A stretch of 64,000 nucleotides of DNA from a virus: IMG/VR virus record IMGVR_UViG_3300023109_001684; one strand, written 5' to 3'. The position numbers and the translations under genes are program-made. Under the pieces are notes generated by a model that worked only from the letters and a program-made list of their open reading frames with translations, had not been told where the DNA came from and made no database searches. Of the stretch, positions 9,675-18,336 are shown one piece after another; the first letter of the stretch is position 1; each line of letters opens with the position of its first letter.

Positions 9675-10612
9675 ACTGGCTTTAGGTGTTCCCAACATTC
9701 ACCACTAATTACGTCTACCTTATTCCACATAGTGTATGCAATTTGATTTTGCCACTGTGTTCGATCTATATCGTAATTAATATTCTCAATTTGTGATAAA
9801 CTTTTATGACTTATTGGATATGTCATAGATCCGTCATTTAATGAAAACACTGGTATGCCCTTACACACTGCTTCAACTGAACTTAGACTATTAAACGATA
9901 CAACACAATGTGCGTTATTTAAATCAGCATCAAGCCCGGCGCCGCCTTGATTCCCACCCTGCGTTAAATGTTTACTGAGTACTACGTTATTCTTTTTATT
10001 ATTTTTTAGTACTTTACTGCGTACCTGTATTAATGTTTTATCTAAATTACGTGGGTGCGGACGTATTACTATTCTACGATCAGTATGCTTTCTAATATTC
10101 TTAATTACTACATTTACCCAATCATAAAAACTATTAAACCCTTGTTCGTATAACTCATTTAGCGCACTGTCACCTTCTTTTTGACCCATTATAATTATGT
10201 CATCTCCCGGACTGTGCCAGTCGTTAAATGTAACGCCTGTAATGTTTTGAAAACGTTTCCATCTAGTATCGTCAACGTTATCGTTATTAAAATTTCCTTT
10301 AGTCCACTTGTAACTGTTCCATCCAAACCGAAGCCAACCGTCGTATTGTCTAAACGGATTTGATTCGCTTACTATAAAAGGTTTTTTTGAATCTAAAATA
10401 AAATCAAAATATTGTCCTTGTGTTTCTGCACGTTTACCAGTAAAAAACTTTTGTTTTCTTTCATTAGTTTGGTAGTAGCAATCAGCATACACAGATTTAT
10501 AGTCGTCCTCTCTAGTTAGTTGTATTATTTTATCACCGTGTTTTTCTAACCCGCGAGCCCATCTAAAATATAATTTACTTACTGGAGATGGAAAACTTAC
10601 CATTTCAATCAT
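9662..10612 (-). CDS. KpsS/KpsC-like glycosyltransferase (paralog 2)
   Basis: GQKEGDSAL, RRIVIRPHP and NSLSSVEAVCKGIPV motifs. Confidence 0.72.
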   Translation of the reverse strand: MIEMVSFPSPVSKLYFRWARGLEKHGDKIIQLTREDDYKSVYADCYYQTNERKQKFFTGKRAETQGQYFDFILDSKKPFIVSESNPFRQYDGWLRFGWNSYKWTKGNFNNDNVDDTRWKRFQNITGVTFNDWHSPGDDIIIMGQKEGDSALNELYEQGFNSFYDWVNVVIKNIRKHTDRRIVIRPHPRNLDKTLIQVRSKVLKNNKKNNVVLSKHLTQGGNQGGAGLDADLNNAHCVVSFNSLSSVEAVCKGIPVFSLNDGSMTYPISHKSLSQIENINYDIDRTQWQNQIAYTMWNKVDVISGECWEHLKPVYFS

Positions 10613-11523
10613 ACATAATTCCTAATGTGTCTCCATGCTTGTCCTGAAGATAGCTCTTCAAAATTCCAGTGACTCATCGATAGTCTTTCGATCCAATCTT
10701 GTCTTTCAAATGTTTTTGGATTTTCAATTTCTATAATTTTTTTATTAGCAACACCACATGCTTGACTAGTTTCAGGAACTGGGTCTGTAACAAATACCGG
10801 AATACCTTGGATTGCTGCTGCAACACCAGGACTGCTATTATAAGTAATTACTGCCCAACATTTTTTAAAGTCTGATGTTATTGATATGTTGTTACTTATT
10901 TTTACTCCAGGATGATTTAATTTTAAGTATTGCTTTGCCCGTTTGTCTCCTGGGTGTGCTCTAACTACTATAGGACGATCACTATACTGTTGTAACTTAG
11001 TTATAGTTGCACGAAGCCACGCCATTACATCTAGTCCTTTCATGCTCCAGCCGCCATTCCTTTGCAAACAAATTAGTATATGATTACCGTTTGTTCTCCA
11101 ATCCTTTAATGATATTCCAAGATTGTTTGATATGCTTTTCCATCTATCAGGATCAGGATTATCGTCAAAGTAATTACCTGTAGTAGGAAAAACACCGTCT
11201 AAACTAAACCTTAGATAATGTAATGGGTTTAAAGGATCTGCATATAAAAACAAATTACTATCTGCTATTAAGGTATGTTTTCCATGTAACTTTTGGTTAT
11301 TCAAAACAGTTTTTCTTAATTGCAAATGAGGAGAGTTTGCACTTTGTTGATGAACAAATCCTTGTATAACACCTAAATCACTTAATGACCAATGAGGATT
11401 TTGTGACACAATACCTGTATCACCTACTGCATTTACTCCGTCGGCGAATCGAGTTAATACTTGTATTTTCTCTGGATTCTTTTGATTAGGTATGCCCTTA
11501 AGATAAGTTACTACGGTTTTCAT
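10609..11523 (-). CDS. KpsS/KpsC-like glycosyltransferase (paralog 3)
   Basis: CLQRNGG, RPIVVRAHPGD and NSSPGVAAAIQGIPV motifs. Confidence 0.72.
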   Translation of the reverse strand: MKTVVTYLKGIPNQKNPEKIQVLTRFADGVNAVGDTGIVSQNPHWSLSDLGVIQGFVHQQSANSPHLQLRKTVLNNQKLHGKHTLIADSNLFLYADPLNPLHYLRFSLDGVFPTTGNYFDDNPDPDRWKSISNNLGISLKDWRTNGNHILICLQRNGGWSMKGLDVMAWLRATITKLQQYSDRPIVVRAHPGDKRAKQYLKLNHPGVKISNNISITSDFKKCWAVITYNSSPGVAAAIQGIPVFVTDPVPETSQACGVANKKIIEIENPKTFERQDWIERLSMSHWNFEELSSGQAWRHIRNYV

Positions 11524-12511
11524 CTATCAACTCTTTTATGGAAGATTCTAAGTGTAACCAACATTGGCCTGACTCCATTTCTTCAGGTGTCCATTGGCAG
11601 TATGCTAGATTATAAAGCCATTGTTGTACATCTTTGCTGTCGGCTAATGTTAAATTTTCAATGTTAGATAATTTACGTTCGCCAACGTTCCATGCAAAGT
11701 TTCCTTCATCTACTGCTATTACCGGAATGCCATTTAATACAGCATCAATCGACATGCCACTTGTATATGCTACTACACAGTAAGCATCTAATATATGATC
11801 TTCCCATGGTGTTTCCTTACCGTTTACAAACTGTACATTAGGGAAGTTTTTAAATAAAAACCATCGAAATAATTCTTCGTGATTGGACCATCCTTTATCA
11901 CTTACACCTGGATGTGTTCTAATTTCAATAGGACGGTCTGTGTGCCTGCGTAATGTTTGTACTGTATTTTTGCACCATTCATTAATATCATTGTGACGTA
12001 AACTTGCATCTCCAGCTAGTTGTAATGCAATTATAATTTTCTTTCCACGCTTCTTTTTCCAACCCGAATATGATAATCCTAAAGCATTAAATCTGTCTGC
12101 TGGATAATCTCTTTCTTCTCCCCAAATAGCATCTCTATTTAAAAATCCATTTATACCAACTCTGTAATGCTGGTTAGGTTGAAATACTCTTCTCCCTAAC
12201 AACGGAGTTTCGATACATAAAAACGGTATGTCACTTTTATAAATTGCTGTTCTTATTTCGTGATGTACTCTTGAACGCTCAGGCTTCCAGCTGCCAAACA
12301 TTACTGCTAAGTCACAGCCTCTTGCTTTTTCAGTGTAATCATAAAATACCCCTGAACCTTGTAATCCTTTAGACTTGTTAACTTGCCGCCAACGTTTCTT
12401 TTCAGCTTTGTCTTTAGGTACTAGATGTTCTTCTATACCATCATACATATTTCTTAAGACATCTCTTTCAGAATTATGTCCTGCACTATTCATAAATATT
12501 TTAATTTTCAC
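11498..12511 (-). CDS. KpsS/KpsC-like glycosyltransferase (paralog 4)
   Basis: LQLAGDASL, RPIEIRTHP and TSGMSIDAVLNGIPV motifs. Probable GTG start at 12511 after GGAGA. Confidence 0.72.
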   Translation of the reverse strand: MKIKIFMNSAGHNSERDVLRNMYDGIEEHLVPKDKAEKKRWRQVNKSKGLQGSGVFYDYTEKARGCDLAVMFGSWKPERSRVHHEIRTAIYKSDIPFLCIETPLLGRRVFQPNQHYRVGINGFLNRDAIWGEERDYPADRFNALGLSYSGWKKKRGKKIIIALQLAGDASLRHNDINEWCKNTVQTLRRHTDRPIEIRTHPGVSDKGWSNHEELFRWFLFKNFPNVQFVNGKETPWEDHILDAYCVVAYTSGMSIDAVLNGIPVIAVDEGNFAWNVGERKLSNIENLTLADSKDVQQWLYNLAYCQWTPEEMESGQCWLHLESSIKELIDENRSNLS

Positions 12512-13271
12512 GTAGTAATCTCCATGCTTTTCCGTTTTTAAATTCTTCAATATGGAATTGTCCGTATGCCAAATGACAGGCCCATTTATATATTTTATCT
12601 TTATCTTGCTTAGTTGGATGTTCGATCAGACTTAAATCTTTATCACAAACAGGGTCGGCAGCAGTAGGAGCAAGAGTAAATGCCGGGACACCGTGAAGTA
12701 CACTTTCAACTGCTGCTATACTCTGATATGTTACTAATGCATGACAATCTATTAAATCATCAAATATTGTTTTTACAATACGCTCAGGCCTTGATGCTTT
12801 ATCTCTAACAACAATTGGTCTATCTGTATATTGTTTTATTTTATTAATTGTTTCTTTAACCCACACATCTCTGTTAATGCCGTAAAACTTACAAGGTTTA
12901 TCACTAGGTGTTACTAGCAGTATATGTCTCCCTAGTTTACGATCATGTATTGGGTAGTCAAGTTGTTTCCATCTGTCGTCTGATCGATTTATTATTTCAT
13001 TATGCTGCACATCGTTTTTTACTATGCGGTGAAATAATTTAAATCCCATAGGATTAAATTTTGATTTGTAGTTGCCTATATACCCACTATCCATATAATA
13101 GAATGTATGTTTGTTCTTCCAACATTCGTGAATTAACTTACGCTTTGTCATGCTACGAATCATTATTGAATTATTAGAAAAATTAAAGTCGTAATCTTCT
13201 ATACGTAATTTAGATCCCTTTGCAAACATATTAATATATTCGTCATTTTTGTTTTTACTCAAACATATCAT
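12501..13271 (-). CDS. KpsS/KpsC-like glycosyltransferase (divergent paralog 5)
   Basis: RPIVVRDK (HP motif lost), QSIAAVESVLHGVP and W..HLAYGQF motifs. Confidence 0.65.
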   Translation of the reverse strand: MICLSKNKNDEYINMFAKGSKLRIEDYDFNFSNNSIMIRSMTKRKLIHECWKNKHTFYYMDSGYIGNYKSKFNPMGFKLFHRIVKNDVQHNEIINRSDDRWKQLDYPIHDRKLGRHILLVTPSDKPCKFYGINRDVWVKETINKIKQYTDRPIVVRDKASRPERIVKTIFDDLIDCHALVTYQSIAAVESVLHGVPAFTLAPTAADPVCDKDLSLIEHPTKQDKDKIYKWACHLAYGQFHIEEFKNGKAWRLLREN

Positions 13272-13912
13272 TTTGTAATTCTAATAGAACATTGTTGATG
13301 GTTACTTCTGTATAATACTTCAAACTCTCTATCAAAGTCTGTAATCCATTCTTGTAATGCTTTATATTCGTGATCTTCCCAAGTCTCATACCTCTTTCTA
13401 CCCCATGCATAAAACTCGTCAAATACTATAATAGTATCTTTAACTATACTATCGTTTAATAATGTAAGTACAGTCTTTGCACTAGAATACAAATCACTGT
13501 CAACATGTAATAACTTAATAGGTGTAGGATTATTATCTTCTAACCATTTTGGCAAACTAGTATCAAAAAATCCTTTTACTAGTTCTACATTTTTTGATAC
13601 ACTAGGTAATTTATCTACAGCAAAATAACCTTTTTTATGTTTGTTCTTTTTAGGATTAGTACTAATGTTCCAGTCTTCAGGAAGTCCTTCAAAACTGTCA
13701 AATCCATATAGTGTGTCATTAGGAAAAACTTTAGACATAACATTAATTGTTTTGCCCTTGTGTACTCCAAACTCTAAAACACTGCCTTCAATTGTACAAG
13801 TTTGACACGCTTTAACTAAATGACTTTCTCGTTGTACACCTAAGCTATCTGAATCAGATACTGCTGGCACTTTATGAAATGCGTCAATTGAATAATTTTG
13901 TTTGTTAATCAT
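13268..13912 (-). CDS. TylF/MycF-like O-methyltransferase
   Basis: LEFGV..G, GFDSFEGLP, LVKGFF, HVDSDLYSS and VFDE motifs. Confidence 0.85.
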   Translation of the reverse strand: MINKQNYSIDAFHKVPAVSDSDSLGVQRESHLVKACQTCTIEGSVLEFGVHKGKTINVMSKVFPNDTLYGFDSFEGLPEDWNISTNPKKNKHKKGYFAVDKLPSVSKNVELVKGFFDTSLPKWLEDNNPTPIKLLHVDSDLYSSAKTVLTLLNDSIVKDTIIVFDEFYAWGRKRYETWEDHEYKALQEWITDFDREFEVLYRSNHQQCSIRITK

Positions 13913-13913
13913 T

Positions 13914-14609
13914 TTATTTTTCCTTTTTGAAATTTGGTTTGTTCATCATCTCAAATAATTCTTTCTTCCACAACTCATTAAACTCGCAGTCTCTATAGTT
14001 TTCAAACCACGGTCCGCCTTCAGTATAATGAATCAAGTTTGGTTTTTCGATATCATCATACACACCCACTAAGTAGTTCCATGTACGATCTAGTTCGCCT
14101 ATTTCATCATCTAGTAACCAACTAAATCTATGAAAGTATGCGCCATTTAATTCTAAACTGTTGACTTGATCTTGATCCACGGCTCTATTACTAGGATGAC
14201 CACAGTTCCATAACACAACACTTGACCAGTTCTTGCGTGGATAGATAGTTTGTTTTTGTCCGTCCATCTTAATACCTTCTTTAGGTGTGTAATCATGTTG
14301 CACACACATAACAGCATACCTGTCATCTGCTTGATCGAACAGTTTTTTAATGTCTGTAGTAAGGATCATATCGCAGTCCATAAACACAGCCCAGCCTTTG
14401 AAGTTAGCAAGTTCTGGCACTAAGAAACGTGTAAACGTAAATTCTGTACTTGCAAGTTTATCTTCAGGACGCTTGTACCATCCTGCTTGTCTTAATTCTT
14501 TTTGTACTAATGGACGCACATCTGCATTGGGTTGATGCTTTAGTATGCTGTGTTTACACACTTGGTAAGCCATATCTTCTCTTGGTTCGTAGCCTATGAA
14601 TACTTTCAT
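13914..14609 (-). CDS. GT-A nucleotide-diphospho-sugar transferase (GT8-like)
   Basis: STEFTFTRFLVP, FMDCDM, RKNWSS and HYTEGGPW motifs. Confidence 0.82.
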   Translation of the reverse strand: MKVFIGYEPREDMAYQVCKHSILKHQPNADVRPLVQKELRQAGWYKRPEDKLASTEFTFTRFLVPELANFKGWAVFMDCDMILTTDIKKLFDQADDRYAVMCVQHDYTPKEGIKMDGQKQTIYPRKNWSSVVLWNCGHPSNRAVDQDQVNSLELNGAYFHRFSWLLDDEIGELDRTWNYLVGVYDDIEKPNLIHYTEGGPWFENYRDCEFNELWKKELFEMMNKPNFKKEK

Positions 14610-15364
14610 TAATCTCTTCTTTCTATATCATTTTCTGTTAGATTGTCACCTAACCATACTTCAATTACTCGTGCAGTTTTGACACCAGTATTTACAGCTT
14701 TATGCCAAGTAAGCACAGGTATATCAATACTGCTTCCTTTAGTATATATGTTAGTAATTTTATCGCCGTTATCGTATTCTAATGTCATTTGTATTTCACC
14801 TTCAACAACATGCCAATGTTCTGAACGATCAAAATGACGTTGATCACTAAGCGACTTTCCAGAAGTAAATGCTAATTGTTTTACTTGCCATCCAGGCCCT
14901 TTATCTAATATTGTGTAGGTTCCCCAAGTACGCTCTGTAGTAGGTTGAGACCATTCTTTTAATATCCAACTTGAACTATTAGCTTTATTTTCGCCGCCTA
15001 CGCCAAATACAAATTCTACATTATTATATTGCATTTCGGGTATATTAGACTTTGTTCTATCTCCGCCATTGGCAAAGATAATTTTTGTACTTGACCCTGT
15101 TGTGCTTTGTAATTGGAATATTGCATGATTAGCAGTATTGTCAGAATCATTAAATCCAATAACTTGATCTACACATGCTAGTTCTTTGATGATTGCACAA
15201 CGCTCTTCAAAGGACATAAACGGTCTACCCTTCTTGCGGGTTAGCCATTCGTCGCTATTAACTCCAACAACTAATTTGTCGCCGAGATTACGTGCTGCTT
15301 TAAAATAGGCTATATGCCCGGAGTGGAGAGGATCAAAACCCCCAGTAACTAAAACTACATTCAT
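14609..15364 (-). CDS. cytidylyltransferase (TagD/RfaE-like) fused to a C-terminal cupin
   Basis: TGGFDPLHSGH (HxGH), NSDEWL..KKG, ANGGDR; C-terminal RTWG...QRHFDRSEHW...WH cupin. Confidence 0.88.
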   Translation of the reverse strand: MNVVLVTGGFDPLHSGHIAYFKAARNLGDKLVVGVNSDEWLTRKKGRPFMSFEERCAIIKELACVDQVIGFNDSDNTANHAIFQLQSTTGSSTKIIFANGGDRTKSNIPEMQYNNVEFVFGVGGENKANSSSWILKEWSQPTTERTWGTYTILDKGPGWQVKQLAFTSGKSLSDQRHFDRSEHWHVVEGEIQMTLEYDNGDKITNIYTKGSSIDIPVLTWHKAVNTGVKTARVIEVWLGDNLTENDIERRD

Positions 15365-15369
15365 GTAGT

Positions 15370-15375
15370 TATTTA
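15370..15375 (-). promoter_or_regulatory. late promoter TAAATA (leaderless) for the glycan operon
   Basis: TAAATA-actac-ATG(15364). Confidence 0.65.
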
Positions 15376-15828
15376 CAGAGTAGCGTCTTCCATACCTGCA
15401 ACTCTGAGCTTAACTACGTTAGTAATTTGCCACTGTTTTTGATCTAATGCTTTGAGTACACCTAACCATTTGTTACGCATTAAGGCAAACTCATTAATAA
15501 TTTTTTCATAGTCAACGACATCTGCCTCGCCGTCAACGTATTTTTCTACGTCACGACTAGACAGTGCCCGTTGATAGTTTTCAAGATATTTTTTAAAAAA
15601 TGAGCTACGCAATCTACGTAGCTCAATATTTAGATAGTTAAGAATTGCTTCAATTTCTTGAAGCTGATTGAACCTATGTTCAACAATGCCTGGCATAGCT
15701 GCCGCACTCTTTTCAACATTACCAACAAGTTTACACTCACCGCGAGCATGGTTAAGTTCGGATTCAAAGTGCTGTATAGCACCAGGAATCTTGTTAATGT
15801 CACGAGATACTTCGCTATACCAACCCAT
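15373..15828 (-). CDS. uvsY: UvsY-like recombination mediator
   Basis: Helical protein with KY..GE.D and K.LDQK.WQI.N.VKLR..G motifs, near uvsX. Confidence 0.8.
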   Translation of the reverse strand: MGWYSEVSRDINKIPGAIQHFESELNHARGECKLVGNVEKSAAAMPGIVEHRFNQLQEIEAILNYLNIELRRLRSSFFKKYLENYQRALSSRDVEKYVDGEADVVDYEKIINEFALMRNKWLGVLKALDQKQWQITNVVKLRVAGMEDATL

Positions 15829-16058
15829 TATTCATCCCAATCGTTATTAAAATTATCTTCGTCTACGTCAGCATCTAAGTAATAGTTTATTGCTTCATCA
15901 AGTACACTGCATGTACCTAAAGAATCTTTAAGTATAACATCGTCTACTCCATAATCTGCTAATTGATCAATAAATCTTTCAGCAACAATTTCTATTTGTT
16001 TTTTATCGACGTATTCTTTAAATAGTGTCCATACATCTACTATTTGTTCTTCATTCAT
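15828..16058 (-). CDS. small acidic hypothetical protein
   Basis: Coupled between uvsX and uvsY. Confidence 0.7.
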   Translation of the reverse strand: MNEEQIVDVWTLFKEYVDKKQIEIVAERFIDQLADYGVDDVILKDSLGTCSVLDEAINYYLDADVDEDNFNNDWDE

Positions 16059-17142
16059 TTGTTAAGGCTTCCTCGATTTGGTCTTCCGTAGCTTCATCAT
16101 CTACGCTGTCGATATTTACCACTTGAGCTTCTTTAATCAAGTAATCTGACATAACCTTATCGAGGTTCTCGCCTACCCACTTTTTACGGTATTCGAGAAT
16201 TTCTTCGCCGTCACTAGAAACATACTTTAGTCTATTACCTTGTTTCTCAATGACTCCTTTACCTTCAAATAATTCAAGCAATCCACTATAAGGATTCATA
16301 CCTGTTTCATATGGAATCTTTACTTGTACACCTTCAAACGGTTTTGCATAACGAGTCTTCATAACCTTACAGCCTGCACGGATACCCATAACTTGACTGA
16401 TCTTGTTACCATCTTCGTCTTCTTTCAGCTTCATCTTTTTCATTGCAACAACAATACTTGATGCATAGATAAAGCCTGAACCGCCACTAATCTTATCATC
16501 TGGGTCAAACATATCTTGCGATGCATATGTGTGATTAGTACATACTAGTCCAACATTCAATGAACCAATCATATTAACTGTGTTACGAACAAGTGATGTT
16601 AACTGCTTGGGCTTACGACCCATATCACCTTTCATATCACCTTTGTTAAACTGATCGATGTCAGTAGGTGTTAGCAACATACCCAAACTATCAACTACAA
16701 ACAATACTTTAGGCCGGTCTTCTTCATCCATTGTTTTATAGTCTGCAATAAATGTTGACAGTGTTTTAGCAACATCATCAATCATTGACATATTAAGTTT
16801 AAGTAGTTTATCGTCTGATGTGTCTACATCTAATGCTTGTAACCAAGCTTCGTCAAGTGCGTTCTCTGAGTCAATTAGTACTACAAAGATACCTTGATCT
16901 TGTGCTGCCTTTACAATGTTACCTGAACAGATATATGATTTACCTGCACCTGATTCACCAGCAAACACAGTTACCTTACCAAGCGGAACACCTTTGTGAA
17001 AGTCACCACTAATAAGATAGTTTAGTGCATAGTTGCCTGTGCTGATCCAATCTTTAGGATCATTGAATCCACTACTCATGCCTGAGATGGATTTTGTTAA
17101 GTCCTTACGGAACTTAGTCGGATCGAATGATTTATTCGCCAT
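16051..17142 (-). CDS. uvsX: UvsX/RecA-like recombinase
   Basis: STGNYALN, AGESGAGKS (Walker A), DSENA, VVDSLG, TNHTY and ISGG motifs. Confidence 0.95.
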   Translation of the reverse strand: MANKSFDPTKFRKDLTKSISGMSSGFNDPKDWISTGNYALNYLISGDFHKGVPLGKVTVFAGESGAGKSYICSGNIVKAAQDQGIFVVLIDSENALDEAWLQALDVDTSDDKLLKLNMSMIDDVAKTLSTFIADYKTMDEEDRPKVLFVVDSLGMLLTPTDIDQFNKGDMKGDMGRKPKQLTSLVRNTVNMIGSLNVGLVCTNHTYASQDMFDPDDKISGGSGFIYASSIVVAMKKMKLKEDEDGNKISQVMGIRAGCKVMKTRYAKPFEGVQVKIPYETGMNPYSGLLELFEGKGVIEKQGNRLKYVSSDGEEILEYRKKWVGENLDKVMSDYLIKEAQVVNIDSVDDEATEDQIEEALTNE

Positions 17143-17167
17143 AGTATTCTCCTATCTAAAAAGCGTA

Positions 17168-17187
17168 ATGGGGGATTACTCCCCCAT
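17168..17187 (-). terminator. GC-rich hairpin between gp32 and uvsX
   Basis: ATGGGGGA-ttac-TCCCCCAT. Confidence 0.55.
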
Positions 17188-17196
17188 AGTGTATTA

Positions 17197-18180
17197 TTAT
17201 GACTGACGTGCTCTGATCATTGCTAGAATGTCATTTGCATTACCGCCACCTTCTGCAGGTGCTTCGGCTGCTGGCGCTGGCGCTGGTGCTGCTTCTGCTA
17301 CTGGTGCAGCTTCTGGTGCTGGTGCCGGTGCTACTGCTGCCGGAGCAGGAGTTGGTGCTACAGCAGGTTTGTTTGGATCGCCAGTTGCCGCTGACACACC
17401 TGCTGGACGGAAGTAATTACTCCAACGTTCAGCGTCATATGCTTCGCCATCTACTGATGCTTCAAACATTTCCTGCAATACTTTTTGTGCAGTCTCGTCT
17501 GGCTTTTTAGGAAGGAAGTCTGACATGTTAAACAACCCGTGAGTGTTAACAGCGTTCATTTCAGCATCAGTTAACGGACGCTCTCTACGAGCCCAGTTAC
17601 TTGTGCTATAGTCTGCATAACCGCCTTTTGAACTTTTATTAAGACGGAAATCTACACCTGCTGTGTAGTCTGTTGGCAACTCTTCCATGTCTGGATCCAT
17701 AAGTGCTTGCTTAATGATCTGAAAGATTTGTGGTCCAATAATAAAGCGTCGAATTGGATTCTCTGGTGCTTCGTCATCTGTTAGTGGATTGTCATTTACA
17801 AATCCTTGGAAAATATACGAACGCTTTTTCCAGTACTTACGACCCATGTCTTCTAATGATGGATCTTTAAACCAACCACGCACTTCATTTAAGATGTTAC
17901 ATGTTTCGCCGTACATTTCCATACATGGAACTTGTACTTGTACAGGACGTGAATCTGTTTGACCTTTAATACCTGCAAATGGAAGTTTGATCATCAAACG
18001 TTCTGCCCAGAAAAATGTGTTATCCGGGTTGCCATCAGGAAGGAAACGGAAAGTTGCGCTTTCGCCTTCTTTGATATTCCAAAATGGGTAAATTGGGTTT
18101 GGACCTTGTGGTCCTCTGTTTCCGCTTGCGTTAGACTCTTGTTGTTTGAGCTTTGCTCGGATTTCTGCTAATGATGCCAT
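17197..18180 (-). CDS. 32: single-stranded DNA-binding protein (gp32-like)
   Basis: RFLPD, YWKKRSY, G.DF.L.K..KGGYADY.TS motifs; Ala/Pro-rich C-terminal linker; upstream of uvsX. Confidence 0.9.
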   Translation of the reverse strand: MASLAEIRAKLKQQESNASGNRGPQGPNPIYPFWNIKEGESATFRFLPDGNPDNTFFWAERLMIKLPFAGIKGQTDSRPVQVQVPCMEMYGETCNILNEVRGWFKDPSLEDMGRKYWKKRSYIFQGFVNDNPLTDDEAPENPIRRFIIGPQIFQIIKQALMDPDMEELPTDYTAGVDFRLNKSSKGGYADYSTSNWARRERPLTDAEMNAVNTHGLFNMSDFLPKKPDETAQKVLQEMFEASVDGEAYDAERWSNYFRPAGVSAATGDPNKPAVAPTPAPAAVAPAPAPEAAPVAEAAPAPAPAAEAPAEGGGNANDILAMIRARQS

Positions 18181-18261
18181 AGTGCCTTTTCTCCTATATA
18201 ATGCCTATATGCTTGTAGCTACATTGCTACTGTGTGCCTTGTTATTTGCAGCACAGTTATT

Positions 18262-18289
18262 AGTATAACATCGCTACATCGTTTGTCAA
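18262..18289 (-). promoter_or_regulatory. sigma70-type promoter for gp32-uvsX-uvsY
   Basis: TTGACA-16 nt-TATACT with an extended TGn. Confidence 0.72.
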
Positions 18290-18336
18290 GTCTTTTTTAA
18301 AGAAAAAGAAATAAAACTTATAAGTGGGTTAGCAGA

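Noticed and set aside
17260-17360. GC-rich GCTGGT/GCTGGC repeats
   Set aside because: They encode the Ala/Pro linker of gp32; not a CRISPR array or a separate element.
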